This document shows positions 39,066 through 54,640 of a stretch of DNA of 64,000 nt, in pieces. Numbering within the stretch: position 1 is the stretch's first letter; each line of letters begins with the position of its first letter. The notes under the pieces are model-generated. The model worked only from the letters and a program-made list of their open reading frames with translations, did not search any database and had not been told where the DNA came from. This DNA is from Octopus sinensis (Eukaryota), in NCBI RefSeq assembly GCF_006345805.1, contig NC_043012.1:52018001-52082000 (forward strand), written 5' to 3'. The translations under genes and the position numbers were made by a program.

Positions 39066-39743
39066 AAATACAATTAGCCCCTCCCTCGAAATCTATGACC
39101 TTGTTGCTTTTTTGGAGCACGCTGGTCGTGTTAATTAGGCACTCCCAACCAAAGCCCCTCGTCACATATTGTTACCGTTGCTGTGACATTATACCAAGAT
39201 ACATGTTAAAGACTATCTCATGCTCTTCCTATCCAAACCATCGGTCCTCTAGTTCTCCAAGGTAGAACCTATAATTCTGGAAAGCGCTAGTTTGTGAGTG
39301 TTTAAGAGGAACACTAACAATCTCAGTTTATGCTATCAAAAATTAGTCGGCTATTAATACGTGTGAGGATGCAATTAAGATTCAGCTTAATTCTTTCTTC
39401 AGTTTCTCACCGTGTATATATTTTCATGTAACAAAAAGTACCTGATTGAAGCAAATCTTCAGTGCAGTAAAGAATGTCACCTAAATGTATTTCGTACATA
39501 TTCTCTAATTTCCGTATTCCGTCACACGTATATATATATATTTGTTGTGCAAGATGTTTTATGTGAAATCGTGTGTTGAAACAGATATTGTTGTATTTCG
39601 GAATGGTCATTTTGCCAGTTTAGCCGAAATAAGATTAAGTTTAATGTAAAAAATAAATAACACTGAAGGAAAGTAACACCAAATATATACTGCGTGTTTT
39701 TTTATTGGCTAAACTGGCAAAATGACCATTCCGAAATACAACA

Positions 39744-39810
<67 letters not shown>

Positions 39811-42013
39811 TTATATATATATATATATATATGAGTGATAATACACACACACACACACACATCTACACACACACACACACACATACACATATATATATAG
39901 ATGAAGGCACCGTCAAACAAAACAAACATATACTCAACACGTACTGCACGCGCTCACGCATATATATATATGCGTAGGCACGTAAACACATAAATACATA
40001 CAGGCATTTATGCATACATACATACGTGCGTGCTCTACTTAAGCATGTACTTCGGCACACAGCAACCAGCTCGCTGTGAAATGAAAAGCATATTCATCAG
40101 TTGTAGTACGGCACGCCTCCACTGTTTCTCTTTCTGAGGTATTAATCGTAGCATAGAAACTTGCCTCTAAATAAACTGAGCCATTCAACATTTAACTCTT
40201 TTGTGCAGATATTCCTTACAACGAACGCTGTATAATTGAGCTGTGAGCAATTCGATCAGCAGTCTCACAAACTTCAGAAGCAACACCTCTATTACGTAAT
40301 TCATTATTATGCAACCTATAATCTAAGGAAAATGAGCATAATGGACATTTTTAAAATACAAAATGCACAGAAGGATGTTATTTTTGATAACGGTAATCCT
40401 GTTGAAAGAATCTATTCGCCAATCCAGCGAACAATGATATAACTTTTTCATTGTTTCGGAATCTGGTTTCGCGCAGTCTTTGTTTATTTCTCTTATATGA
40501 AGTAGCTGATAGGAATTAAAGCACAAAAAGTCTTTTATTCCAGACATATTTTGTTTTTTATTCTTTAAGCTGTGGTGTTACGAAAGCATTCATTAGGGAC
40601 CATTACGTTAGTGATCCAGTAATAAAAATTTACTGAAAATGATTTTTACTTGTCTCGCTTACAATACATTCCTACTTTGATAAGAACAGCGAAGTAGCAA
40701 TAGACAACACTAATAATGCTGATATGCTAGTTTCAATGGCTTCCAAATGAATTGAAACGGAACACTGATCTTCGTTTAGTGGAAATATGATAACAAGCAA
40801 AGCTACATAGAGCATTTGGACAGATAGGAAAATATTAGATGAATCAGTGATGGAGAGAAGAATGAAAGCGAACTAAACAGTCATCACAGAATAAGATATA
40901 TACTAGCGCTAAGTGAAGTTCGATAAAAATGGACATCGCAATCATTCAGACGTAAAGTGAGAATAGGGGAATGTAATCTGGCTTACTTGCCGTACGGAGA
41001 AGTAAACAGTAGGGCAGATGTCGTCATTAGCTCGGTGTTAGTTCTAGCATGTGCAATGAACGGCAAATAATACGGCACAGGAAACAGCAACTCGAATGAT
41101 GTTTGGTCTTGTGAACTTCCCACTATCCACCGTCCACTTAAATTGGCGTACGGTATCCATTTTTAGGCGAAGTTCGCTATCAGCGATAACTTCGAATCTA
41201 TTATTTAGAATAATTCCTTCCTCGTGGGCTCTCATAATTTTCAACTGATAGATCCGTCAGTCTAATTTAGTTCTTTTGGATCATTCGACAACTTTTATTA
41301 TAATCATTTGCCTACAGTTCAGTAGGTTTCTCTTAAATTAGATGAGAATGAGAAGAAAAAAAAATGCTTCACTCCGGCAGGCAGATTTTCTCGCCCAAGC
41401 GCAGCTGGTTTATAGTCTTGGCTAATCTCAAAAGCCAAACAACAGCATCGCCATTTACATTTGTAAGAGATCAAGTGAATATTGAGAAAAAGCTTTCGGA
41501 TGTTTGCTAAATGGCAAACAAATGGAATATATCTGATGGAATTAGCATTGACTATAATGTTCCACGCCATGGATACAGAAGAGAAAAACTATTTTCATCG
41601 TTATTCTATTTAAAACGTTTCGAGAGTTTCTATGGATTCTCTAGTTTCGGATTTCTCCGTGACGTGCATTCGCTTTCTTTAAGCGTTACTCCTACGTTCA
41701 CCACTGAAAACAACAACAATATATGCTACTTCTGCTGCTTCTACTTCAACTACAGCACCTTATAATTCTACTGCTATTGTTGCTGCTGTTACTACTGCTA
41801 CTGCTGTTGTTGCTACTGCTAATACTACCACCACCACCACCACCACCACCACCACCACTTTCAAACCCCGAAATATTGAATACAACGTAAGTCTACATGA
41901 ATTCGCATATTTGTTTTCTTGTGATTTACCTTGCATATATTTCTCATTGTTTTGGCCTGTCCCACAATCTTTCATACAATATATTCTACACAATGCTTCA
42001 CAGTAATTATTCC

Positions 42014-42049
<36 letters not shown>

Positions 42050-42104
42050 CTACTATAGATACAAGAAATTAATCCTTTCTCATATGTACATCTAAAATTT
42101 GGGT

Positions 42105-42255
42105 AGGGGCATAAGTCAATTACGTCAACCCCAGTGCATATCTTTTCGGGCTCAATGAAATAAGTACCGACAGAATTTGAACTCAACTTAAGGACGAACG
42201 AAATGTCGCTAAGCATTTTTGCCCGGCGTGCTATCGATTCTGCCAGCCCGCACGC

Positions 42256-42256
<1 letters not shown>
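42105..42256 (-). mobile_element. SINE family C
   Basis: aatttgaactca...gacgaaatgtcgctaagcattttgcccggcgtgcta.cgattctgccagc. Confidence 0.8.
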
Positions 42257-42291
<35 letters not shown>

Positions 42292-43239
42292 TATTATTGT
42301 TGTTGTTGTTGTTGATGTTGATAATTATGATGATGATGATATATTTCCTTTATTTGCTACAAAGCCTAGGAGAGATACAAAAATGTGAAATATTCAGTAG
42401 GATTACAAACAAAAGACAGATAAGTCCAAGATAAGAAAGAAAGGATGTAAAAAAAGAAGAAGTCAGCAGAATGTTAAAAATGCATATTTATATACTGCAA
42501 AGGGATGCGATGAGCTGGGTTGTACAGTATATTAAAGGACGAATAAAATATTCTAATGTAACATACATAAATACATACACACGCTCATATGCATGCATCA
42601 ACGGATATGTTCATTCAAATATGTGCGCAAATATATGTATATGTGTGTGTGTATGTGAGAGAGAGAGAGAGAGTGAGTAAAAATGTTTCTAGTCATGCGG
42701 AAAACCAACACTATCAGACAGGAGGCGAAGTCAATGGAGATCTTGAAGAATACGAAAGCACCTATGACAAAAACCTGACAAAATCTAAACACCGATCTAC
42801 TACAATAACCTTCAGATCTCAAAGTAACACAAAAATAAAGGAAATTTCCCCAGAAAATAGACAAAGATACCCATGTCCTCTAGGACATACATATCTGCGA
42901 TCATATGCGGATGTAATACGAAACAAGAGAACATACAACCCCAACCGAAGAACAAGTAGAATTCTCCATAGACCAAATCATAGACTCCCAAACGAATCAC
43001 ATGGAACAACAGTAGAATAAGGACTCAACCTCCAATCCAACAAGCAAGAACATAACCATAAATAGCCAACATAAAACATTTACATACAGAAAAATACAAA
43101 ATCCCCACATGAACATTCCTAACTCCATTTTTTAAGAAGGAGATCTATTACTTAAAAAAAGAAAAAATAGCACCATTATTCCAGAGATATTAGAAAATAA
43201 ACACATAAGCAAATGGAAGATACGAAAGTGGTACACTAA

Positions 43240-43375
43240 GAAATTATACAAAGAAGAAATTAAACTCCTGAAAATGGATTGAAAATGACACCCACTCTAA
43301 AACCCAAGCTGAACTCATAAAAGATACAGAAGAATTTTGCCGAAAATTAAGATTAAGAAAACTTTTTCTAAATAG
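43240..43375 (+). mobile_element. Probable Penelope-like ORF N-terminal remnant (may extend upstream to ~42680)
   Basis: QEEIKLL...TQAELIKDTEEFCRKLRLRKLF resembles the PLE N-terminal L.KGL.F.PTP....D...F.RKLRL..FF motif. Confidence 0.55.
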
Positions 43376-43383
43376 TGGACACA

Positions 43384-43755
43384 GGCGCAGGAGTGGCTGT
43401 GTGGTAAGTAGCTTGCTTACCAACCACATGGTCATGGGTTCAGTCCCACTGCCTGGGACCTTGGGCAAGTGTCTTCTACTATAGCCTCCGGCAGACCCAA
43501 GACTGTTGGGTGGATTTGGTAGACGGAAACTGAAAGAAGCACGTCGTATATATGCATATATGTGTGTATATATGTGTGTGTGTGTTTGTGTCTGTGTGTG
43601 TGTGTGTGTGTGTGTGTTGTGTGTGTGTGTGTCCCCGTGTTTGTGTTTGTCCGTGTTTGTCCCCCCCTCCAGTAACGCTTGACAACCGATGCTGATGTGT
43701 TTACGTCCCCGCAACTTTGCGGTTCGGCAAAAGAGTCTCATAGAATAAGTACTAG
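43384..43755 (+). mobile_element. SINE family A, 3'-truncated
   Basis: ggcgcaggagtggctgtgtggtaag head through gatagaataagtactag-type tail. Confidence 0.9.
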
Positions 43756-43789
43756 TCAACCTACCTCGAAGGTAAGAATAAGGTTCCGG

Positions 43790-43876
43790 CTCGAACATTT
43801 TACTCGATACGGTGTTCCTAACACCATAGTACCGGAGAATGGAACACAATTTACAGAATACGAGTTCAACAGATAG
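43790..43876 (+). mobile_element. Ty3/Gypsy integrase core scrap
   Basis: FTRYGVPNTIVPENGTQFTEYEF matches the integrase F.RFG.P..I.SDNG.QF.S.EF motif. Confidence 0.65.
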
Positions 43877-45309
43877 TGGTGTAGATTTGTTCCCTTTCTA
43901 ATTAAGATAATTTCCCTTGATGTATCTCGGATCACGTATGGTAATCCTTCACAAGGAGGACAATGTAAATTCTTTTCTTTTCCTAAGAAGAGTTATATAT
44001 CTTTCCTCTTAACCGGTTTGTACAAAATTTTCCCATTTATCTATCATTCTCGTAAAACTTAGTGATGTAACAAATCCAATGTATATTTTGTATTAAAGGT
44101 TTGAGTGTCTTCACACGACTTTAAAATGACCGCACTACAGAATTTGAAATCATGTGAGACATGCTATTATTGCTCTTATAACTTTTACTCTTTACTAAGT
44201 AACCTAACTGAATATTTAAGTCACATTCTTTTATGAAATGTTCCCTCAACTGTTCAATTTCTTCTCCCTTTGTAGTGTTGTGTTGTCTGAGATAATTACG
44301 TGCAATACGTAGAGGGAAACACGAGCACTAAGAAAAGAAGTGACGTGTCCCAGAACTTGCACAAGATGGTGTAAAAAGAAATTGTGGCGAAGACTGACCG
44401 TCTCACATGCTGTCCGATTCATCGACTTAAGATATAATTAATTAGTCAGGAGCAGATCTAGAAGCAAATATTTTCTGGACATGACAATACTAGATTTTGT
44501 ATTTTCATTTTGCAATATGAATTATATCATTTATATACCATTCCTTCTTAAGACTGAAGGAATATGATTTGAGAGGTTAAGTGCTGTGTCTAATTGACTG
44601 AGTGAAAATGTTGCGGCTACTTGGTTGACTCGAAAATGGGTTTTCCAGATATGTGCTGAGGTCAATGTATCCTATGAGAAATTTTCACAGATAGATTTTA
44701 GTTAAGCATTAACTATATGAAAGCTAGCATGAAAATATTTCAAAACATACACTGTATTTCAGATACATTCACAAACTAAAGTGGGCATATTGTAAATAAG
44801 GCTGTCATTTTCCTAAAGATCTTCATTTGAAGTTAGCCAAACTTTATATATAATACAAACGAGAGGTTTCTAAGACAAAAATTTAAAACTCTTGCAATAT
44901 CTTGGGCGTCAGCTTTCATCAACGACCAAAAAGTACTTATTTAATTTCCTACAGAAAAAGAGTTTGAAATTCGCCCTACTGCATTATTGTGTTTTAGAAA
45001 CAATACCACGAGTTTTTGACAGATACTTGGCGTTATAAATCTGCTTAAGTCCTTTGAGAGGTACCGATACAATAGCAGCTTTCATCTTGGATGAACATAT
45101 TGCTATTTTGGAAGAAACATGAAAGTCGCCAAGAAAACCTTTTGTGATTTCAAAACCAAAAAAGAAAAAACATTGCCAGCACTCTCACTTTCTGTCTAAA
45201 TTTCCATAAGTGTGTGTGTGTGTGTACGCGCGTGTGTGTTTGTGTGTGTGAGCGTTTGCGCATGCGTGTGTGCGTGCGTATATGTATGCATGTATATCCA
45301 TATATATAT

Positions 45310-45351
<42 letters not shown>

Positions 45352-46040
45352 ATATATATATATTAAATATATGCATATTTGTATATATATTATATATATA
45401 TATATATATTTGCGTATATTTGTGTGTGAGTATCTATCTATCGATCTATCAATCTATCAATTTTTGTATATATATCTATATGTATATGATAACACGTGCG
45501 AAAATAATAAATATACGTACATAGATAGACATGTAGATATATGTATATGTATATATATACACTCCATATGTGTGTATATCTATCTGGTTCTCTGCTTGTT
45601 TGATTATGTATGTAAGTGCATCGTCCCAGAGGCAATGTAATAATTTTGAAATGTTGTTTAGTTATTTTGGCTAGAAAACTTTCTAAAATATCTGAAATAA
45701 AAGAAAGCATAAATATATATATATATATATGTATATGCGTGTGTGGTGGTGTGTTGTGGTTGGTGTGTGGTGTATGTGTGTGTGTATGTGTGGTGTCGTG
45801 TGTGTGTGTGCGTGTGTGTGAATATGCCAAAAATATATAACACGCTAACAGATTGAGAATGCAGTCATATATTTGTAGAAAAAGTATAACATTGAATAAT
45901 ATATAATAAGCCTAGAAATTTCTGGGTTCAATTCTCGCCTCTGTCAGATATGAATTTATTATTAGTTTCACTCATTGGTCTGTTGTCCTGCTGGGCTTTA
46001 ACTGTTAATGGTTTTAGTGGGTCTTATCGATATATATATA

Positions 46041-46075
<35 letters not shown>

Positions 46076-46495
46076 GTGTGTGTCGGTGTGTCTGTGTGTG
46101 TGTGTGCGTGTGCGCGTTTGTGTTTGTGTGTGTGTGTTTGTGTTTGTGTGTTGCGTACATATATTAACCTTGTACTTGTTTCAGTGAGGTATATTACTGA
46201 AATGTGGGAGAAGCCTTTGAAATAAGACTACGTTATTCGAAACCGTTCAACATTTGTTGACACAGCGTCTTTATACATAATTACACGCATTCATATACGC
46301 ATGCATACATACATACATACATACAACAGGCTGGTATGCTACAACTTGTTGTTATATTCATATACTTTTTTAGTTCATTCTTTTATTCTAGCCGAAATCT
46401 CCAAACATAACATTTGAAAATTATTACATAGCCTCAAGGACGATGCACTTACATAAATAATCGCACTGACAGATCGGGAAACACGTATGTTAATT

Positions 46496-46585
<90 letters not shown>

Positions 46586-47212
46586 ATCACTTTGAGGATA
46601 TTTAGACCTCTTTTTATCCAAGATACACTGGTTTAATGTATTGTATTTTCAAGAGATATCTCTTCAATGAATATATTTTATAAAATATATTAAAATATAA
46701 AATGTTATTATTAAATTTGTAAACGGAGAGATCCAATGGATACAAATTACTACATTAATTATGCAGCATCTTCATGTACACCTCTTTTATTTCGCATCCA
46801 ATTTAAACTACTAAACATATAGAAATATATAAACTAGCATTTCATAATACTTTGGGCGGAAAGTCACCTGGGCATGAAAAAGTATTCCAACAGATCATCA
46901 TAGAATCCTTGAATTGTCCTTTTCTTATGCCTAGATGATTTTCCTTCTTCACGCTCTGTTGATTTTGCTTTGTCATGGCCTGTTGTTATTCCAGCAATGT
47001 TATTTTAAAATGCAAGCTTATATATTTATATATGTTTTCTTGTTTAAATTGGATACGAAATGAAACAATTGTAGGTGAAGATGTTAATGAGTAAATAAAT
47101 AAATTTGTATCCATTGGTTCTCTCCATTTTCAAACTTAATAATGATAATAAGAACATGAATGTATATACATATATACGGGTACGCAGACACACACACATG
47201 TATATGATGAAT

Positions 47213-47244
<32 letters not shown>

Positions 47245-47465
47245 ACACAAAATGGGAGAAGCACGCAAAACATCCGGACAACTAGGTGATACAAAAAGTG
47301 GGCAACAAAACATCAAGAAAGACGATACAAAGAAAACAAGGACGAGTCATTCGAAGTTTTCTATCTTCAGTCAAGAACCAGATTATCCTCGCAATTTCGG
47401 CTGATTAGTCTTGAGATTGCGCTAATCTGGCCAGCTCCAAATGCAAGTAATTGTATAAAAGTATA

Positions 47466-47883
47466 TTTATTTCTTTATTGCCCACAGGGTGCTAAACATA
47501 GAGGGGACAAACAGGGAGAGTCAAAAGGATTAAGTCGATTATATCGACACCTGCGCGTAACTGCTACTTATTTAATCGACCCCGAAAGGATGAAATGCAA
47601 AGTCGACCTCGGTGGAATTTGAACCCAGAACGTAACGGCAGTCGAAATACCTATTTCTTTACAACCCACAAGGGGTTAAACACAGAGAGGACAAACAAGG
47701 AGAGATAAACGGATTAAGTCGATTATATCGACCCCAGCGCGTAACTGGTACTTAATTTATCGACCCCGAACGGATGAAGAGCAAAGTCGACCTCGGTGGA
47801 ATTTGAACTCACAACGTAACGGCAGACGAAATACAGCTACGCATTTCGCTCGGCGTGCTTAACGTTTCTGCCAGCTCACCGCG
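47466..47883 (-). mobile_element. Tandem dimer of SINE family C (headless 47466-47650 plus complete 47651-47883)
   Basis: Two adjacent similar units; the first stops at gaaatac where the second tail begins. Confidence 0.88.
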
Positions 47884-48434
47884 TTAGTATAAAAGTATAT
47901 TAAAAATGCAAACCGCCTACTTGCCCCTAATTGACATAGCATTTTATTGAGTGGTTTGCTGCCAATTGCCGTGAAAATGTTTCAGAAGGGAATATTCGTG
48001 AGGCAACACAAAATCGCCAAAGGTAGCAAATAAATCTTGCGACAATCTTTTAAAAAGTGCCATTCGTGGTATCTAACTAAATCGGCAGTCTTTTCAAAAC
48101 ATTAGATATTCCTCTCATTTTTGAAATCTGATCCCCGGATAAACATTGACATTAAAACATACTATTATAAATTTCTAAGGATATCCATTTCAACGCTTGT
48201 ATAAAAACACATACATATAACTAGACAGGGAGGGTGCTAGAAGTATATCATATATTGTATGTGTGTATCTGTTTATCGGATGACACTATACAAAATCGCT
48301 TGATATGCGACGTAGAATAGGATAAAGTTTAATAAAAGTTAGATAAAAAGCTAGCTTCTTCTGTAGTATCATTTTCTAAATATCAATATATATCTATGCA
48401 TACATGTATACACACACACACACACACACACTCG

Positions 48435-48468
<34 letters not shown>

Positions 48469-50879
48469 CGAGTGTGAGTGTGTATGTCTATATATATATG
48501 CTTATAGAAATATATACATATATATATGTGTATATATATATGAGTATATTCATATATATAAACTCATATATGCACAAATATATGCATGTGTGAGTGTGTA
48601 TGCACATACGAAGAAGTATATATATATATATATAAATTTAAGTAGAATGTATATATGTATAGGTTGGTATATACACGATTATACGCTGACACACACACAT
48701 TAATTCAAGAGGAACTGCAAATTCGAATGCACAGCCAAAGAATGAGAAAAGATAATTAGGAGGAAATATAATTCAAGTGTCTTAGATGATATCTTGCGTG
48801 GTATTCATTAAAATGCTACCGGTATTCTGTCAAAATTCAGCAGTCATATAATGTTTTGCTAGCCTCATTGGTTTTCTTTACGCTGTGTAATTAACGTATC
48901 TCATAATGTGTCCTGCTCTAAGAGAGTAATTGAAACAAATAAGCTGTCCGTAAGTGGCTGTTTTACGTGCTAGATACAGCAGCTAAATCTTCTTTATATC
49001 ACATCTTATGGTCTTCAATGAGGGATGCATTTGACGAGCCAACCAGACACTTTTATATTCAATCGCTTTATCGTTAGACATAGCAGTTAAATTATCCCCT
49101 TATCAAGTCTAAAGAAAGTTATCGGATAAATGGTGTACAATTTAAGGCCCCTAATAAGTTAAGTTAGTTATACGTTTGTAGTTATTTGGGGTATTTGGCT
49201 CTTGTTCTATATACGAATATGTGATTTTTGCAATAGCATTTATAATCGGCTTATAATATTATATTTTAATATCATATATATGGTATTATGAAGCTACTTT
49301 GAAACAGCATAATTTTTGTCATTTTTAACGCGCACACATAATTACGCTACATTACAAGCTGATTATTTTTCAATATGAAAAGCTTGGAGCGTCAAGCTTG
49401 CAACCAAGCAGCATATGTATGACAAACCAATTCACATATTACTGGACATCTGTTCGAATTCTTCTAAGAAAAATAAGTTTTCTAAATAGGCTGTTCGTTC
49501 CTTATTCATATTTGCAGGTCACTAGTATATATATATATATATATATATTTATATAAGAGATAATGGTGTCATTGAGACCCAAAGGTGTCAGGTAATGCTG
49601 AATAAGTGCTATAGACAGACCATAGTTAAGTTCCAGATTCGGTAATATTGCGAATAAAGGGTTAACAGTGACTTAAATTTCGTCTCACACTGTCTTCGAT
49701 GAAGGGATATTATTAATTAATACCCTACAAACAGCAGTAAGCCCTTCTACCTATAAATGCTCTAATATCTATAAAGCCTTGGTTTTTTATCTTATTACGC
49801 AAAACATGCTTATATATATATATGCGTCAGTATCAGCATATACAGCCTTCAGGTATGAGCAAAATTTAGTTTGGTTAAAATGTGTGAAATATTTCAACTT
49901 CTGTAGACAAATTCCTAAACGGAATTTTGAAAATACTTAATCTACCACAAGCGTACTGTTGCGTTTGTGAACTTAATTCAAACGTAATTCAAACAGTTAC
50001 GATAGGAGAACTGATGGTTGTTATTTTTGTAAGTTTCCTATGTATGTGAGAGAGTGTTAGTAATATCATATACAAGCAGCTGACTGGAACTCGCAATGAA
50101 AGAAGGATAATCAATACTGGGACGTAATGTATTGAGTCACTCTTTAAATATTCAGCGCTACCAATATATATTTTATAACAATGGGATCAAAATTCCTCTC
50201 CTTACATGTTACATATTTCAAGATTGAAAATGAAATACAGGAAAAATTGATATACCCGCTATCTGTTGATACGGCCATAACAAAATTTATTATAGCTAAA
50301 GATCAAAAGTTTTTTCCTACGACAGTTAAATTTATATGTGAATGTGAATATAGATATTTTCATGAGTTCAAGCAAAATGGTGTTGTGTGTGTGTTTGTGT
50401 GTGTGTCTGTGTGTGTGTGTGTGTGCCTGCGTGCGCACTCACATTTTAGTACTTTGTGCATTTATGAAGTGGCTCTTACATAAAACCATGTTACAAAATT
50501 AAATAGACAGAAATGACTGGAAGTTAATATAAACAAAACTTACACAAATGAACATAGAAAATACTTTAACATCATGACTTGATCCTATGATTTTCCAGGA
50601 TCAATAATCATAAATTACATGAAACTAGTGCCATAGATATTGAATTAGTAATATTGTATGGGTTGTTTGAATGTACAACTATGATCAGTTAACTCTGACA
50701 TTTTAATGGCTTTAAAATATAAGAGTTGAAGCATGTCCCACATTGTAAGAGCACAGTTACGTCCATAGGTCACTGGAAATGTGAATACAGACCACCTTGT
50801 CTAGAAGAGTGCCACAGATTATTTGACTATAATAAACATTGTTTTCATATATTTTAACTTCAGACAGAAATATTGGTAT

Positions 50880-51082
50880 CAAAATTTTTGGAACAAAGCC
50901 AGAAATTTCAGTGGCGTGGGAGTAGGTCGGTTATATCGACCCCAATGCTCAACTGGTACTTATTTCATCGATCTCGATTTGTTGAAAGGCAGAGCTGACC
51001 GTACCAATTTAAACTGAGAACGTAAACACGGGCTGCTAAGCATTTCGTCTGACATGCAAACGATACTGCTAGAGCGCCGCTT
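50880..51082 (-). mobile_element. SINE family C, diverged
   Basis: tatatcgaccccaatgctcaactggtacttatttcatcga...gctaagcatttcgtc. Confidence 0.78.
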
Positions 51083-51274
51083 CGTTCCAAAGAAGAATAT
51101 TAAGCGTTTTCGAATATTCAAAGCCTTAGACAAACATTTATTCAATTAAAATAATTATATGAAATGTGTAGTAAACTATTTGCTTTAGATTTTACGCTTG
51201 TTGGTATTATGACATTCTGTTTCTTTTCTTATAAAACTGAACTCCTGTTTTGAACTGTTTAAATATAACAAGTC

Positions 51275-51550
51275 TGACCGGGCGTTGTGAGTGTTTATTG
51301 AGCGAAAACACTTAAAACCCAACGAGGCTCCGGCAGGGGTTGTCTGTGAACACTACTGTACTCATGCACCACAACTTTCCTTCACTCTTTCTTCTTGTTT
51401 CTGTTGTACCTGTATTTCAAAGAGCCAGCCTTGTCATACTCTGTGTCACATTGAATATCCCCAAGCACGACGTTAAGGGTACACGTGCCTGTAGAGCGCT
51501 CAGCCACTTGCACGTTAATTTCACGAGCAGGCTGTTCCGTTGATTTGGAT
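51275..51550 (+). mobile_element. SINE family B variant
   Basis: Reverse complement homologue of 13430-13740. Confidence 0.85.
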
Positions 51551-51572
51551 TAACATAATCGACTGAGTGCTA

Positions 51573-51620
<48 letters not shown>

Positions 51621-51959
51621 GGAGACATACACACACACATATGCACCATCCTATCACACACCTACACCCGTACATATACAAACATTTGCATATCCGTATA
51701 AATGAAGGGGACGTGTGCATGAAAGTTGCACTTATGCACCGGACACAGTCTTACACTCATATGCATACATATACTCATACACGTATATACACACGCACAC
51801 ACATATACATATAAAACATATACATATACATATACTGACACATGCACACATTCACACAAGTAAAAAGGAAAAAGGAAAACATTTAGAAATATATAAAAAA
51901 AATTAAAAATTATAAAATTAAAAGAATCTTGCGCAGGCACATAGTAAAAATGTGTATTC

Positions 51960-52230
51960 TAGCCTTGATGTTGGGGGGCCCCAAACAGTAAGAGATATTT
52001 TGTCACGTGTGGAAATGATCCAAATTTTTTCAGATCTTGAATTTAGACATGTAGCAGTGTCCGAGGAACTTTTACAGATCAGCCTTCTTTCCGTATTACA
52101 AAGATTGCACTTGCCACTTGATGTGAATAATTTAGCCAACTTTGCATTAATAACTGAAGCAACAGGTTGGAATTGTCAATCAGCAGATGGGACGGATGTT
52201 GGAGAACGGCTAATTTCGAAACATTCAGAC
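51960..52230 (-). mobile_element. Probable PLE GIY-YIG C-terminal remnant
   Basis: AKLFTSSGKCNLCNTERRLICK...CLNSRSE resembles the PLE KCNLCL.EK..I....LN.RSE tail. Confidence 0.55.
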
Positions 52231-52986
52231 ATTTATTAAATAATAATATACATTTACGTAACGGGTTCTGTAATTTAACGTTATGTGCATATGTGCGTGT
52301 GCGTGCATGCCTCCGCGCGAGTGTGTGCGTATACGCATTTGTGTGTGTGTGTGTGTGTGTACGAGCAGAGATATGTAAGCATTGGGGTATGTATGTACCT
52401 GTTTGTGAATAGCGGGAGATAAAAGGAAAGCAGCGTAAATTTTCCGAAACATTCGGTTAGTACATAAATTTAAGTTTCTCCTGCTAATCCAAAGTTCAAC
52501 GGCTTCACATGATTGATCATTCATTATCATGATATATCCCAATACTACTTTCTGCATATTTAAAAAAAAAAGAAGAAAAATATCAAAGTTATTCATTGAG
52601 TACATCTCAATAAACATCTTTCCCAAGACGAGTGAGAAGCAACTTCTTCAATTTGATATCAATTTTAAATGAGAAAATGTTCTAAGGAAAGGAAGCGTTT
52701 GTTCGATATCCCAGTGGGTGGCTCCAGTTCGATCGAACAAAATAGTGTCTTTGTATCTGTTATTCTGTGCGTTTGTATGTATGGATGTACATACATCCAT
52801 GCACATAAACATATATATGTAATCATGTATGTGTGTGTGTGCGCGGGTATCTGTGTGTATACGGTTGTGCAATATATATTTATTTGTGTATATACACACC
52901 ACACACATATATACGTATATAAATTATGTACTTATATAGAGATGTATATCCGAATAATATATACATATAATATATATTTCTATACA

Positions 52987-53036
<50 letters not shown>

Positions 53037-53103
53037 ATTATATATATATATACATACATATGTATGTATATATATGCATATATTATGTATGTATATATAT
53101 ATG

Positions 53104-53172
<69 letters not shown>

Positions 53173-54199
53173 AATATTTCTACCCTATTTCATTCTGATT
53201 CTTTGTAAGGAAAACAAAACAAACAGATTCCTTCTGAACGAATTTACAGCATGGTTCCATTGATTGAATCTTTATTCTTGCATCGAAGACTATTTTATGT
53301 TTTTTTTCTTCGAATTTATGCAACGTTGCAATATTTTGCAGCAGTACATTGTTACATTCTCTGTCCCAAATAGAGAGAGACTGTGTGTGTTCACGAAGTT
53401 TAAAAGAATTGCGTTTTGTTTTGTTTTGTTGGTCTCTTTATTCTCCCATTCCTACTTTTTAGAAATAAAATCGACAACAGCCAAAACGCACAAACAAATT
53501 AACAACAACCACACACTTCTCTATGTCGAAATAATACCCCTCAAAAACAACATCTCAAGGCAATGGCATCTTTTTTAGTTTTCCTAGTCTCATCCTACCA
53601 CAGTCTGAATAGAGACGGTGCTTCACACAGCTTCTTCACTAAACTTTCTGTGATATTTTGTTTTGCGTTTCTATTCTGTTTATATTTCTGTGTATTCGTA
53701 AGGAAGAAAAAATCGCAGCATTGTTAATGGGAAAAGATGCAGGAAAAAATGGCTGCCCCAGATATCATTATTATCGCTGTTATTTTTTAAACCAGATGGG
53801 GAGGGTTCATGCTTGTTTTTTTTCTTTTTCTTTTTACTTGTTTTTGTCAATTCGCTTTTGCATTGTTTTGTTTCTGCTTCTGTTGTTTGTGTTGTTACCG
53901 TTATTTCTGCCACTGTTGTTATCTTCAGAACAACATAATAACAATAGCATAGAAAATAAATAAATAAATCATAAATAATGTAAAGTAAGTATTGCTTCCA
54001 TTAAAGTTACAAGTTCAAATAGCACCAGGGTTACTATTGGATTTTCTTTGTCATTCAACCTTAATCTTTTAAGAAATCGAAATTTGTAAAGCGAGTAAAA
54101 AATATGGATGGTGTTGATGATGGCATTCATTCGTCTTCTTTCTTTCTTTCATTCTTTCTTACTTTCTTATTCTTCCCTTCATCACCATCAGCATCATCT

Positions 54200-54564
54200 T
54201 GTTCTTTTCCTCCCCCATCTCCCTTTCTTCCTCTTCTTCTCCTTCTTCTTCTCCTTCTTCTTCTTCTTCTTCTTCTTTTTCTTCTTTTTCTTCTTCTTCT
54301 TCTTCTTCTTCTTCTTCTCCTCCTCCTCCTTTTTCTACTTCTGTTCATTCTTTTCCTTCTGTTCACTTCTATTTTTTCATTTTCTTCTTTTTCATCTTCT
54401 ATTTGCTCTTTCCTTTTCATAATAATCATTATCATCATCATCAACATCATCATCATCATCATCATCATAATCTTAACCGCCTCAATTGAGATAAACATCA
54501 ACATCATCATTTGTATTATTGAAAGAGGTGTTGATTTAGTTCTCACTATTTCATTATAAAGATT

Positions 54565-54634
<70 letters not shown>

Positions 54635-54640
54635 CATTTC
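54200..54640. repeat. (CTT)n/(CAT)n/(ATT)n trinucleotide tracts
   Basis: Direct observation; source of the poly-R/S/L/I ORFs. Confidence 0.95.

Noticed and set aside
40985-41244. Possible minus-strand exon ending at a GTAAGC donor (~40985)
   Set aside because: The frame open at the donor is only ~58 codons, has no good acceptor, and is not recognisable.
54104-54559. Poly-Arg/Ser/Leu ORFs of 96-151 aa
   Set aside because: Translations of (CTT)n/(CAT)n tracts.
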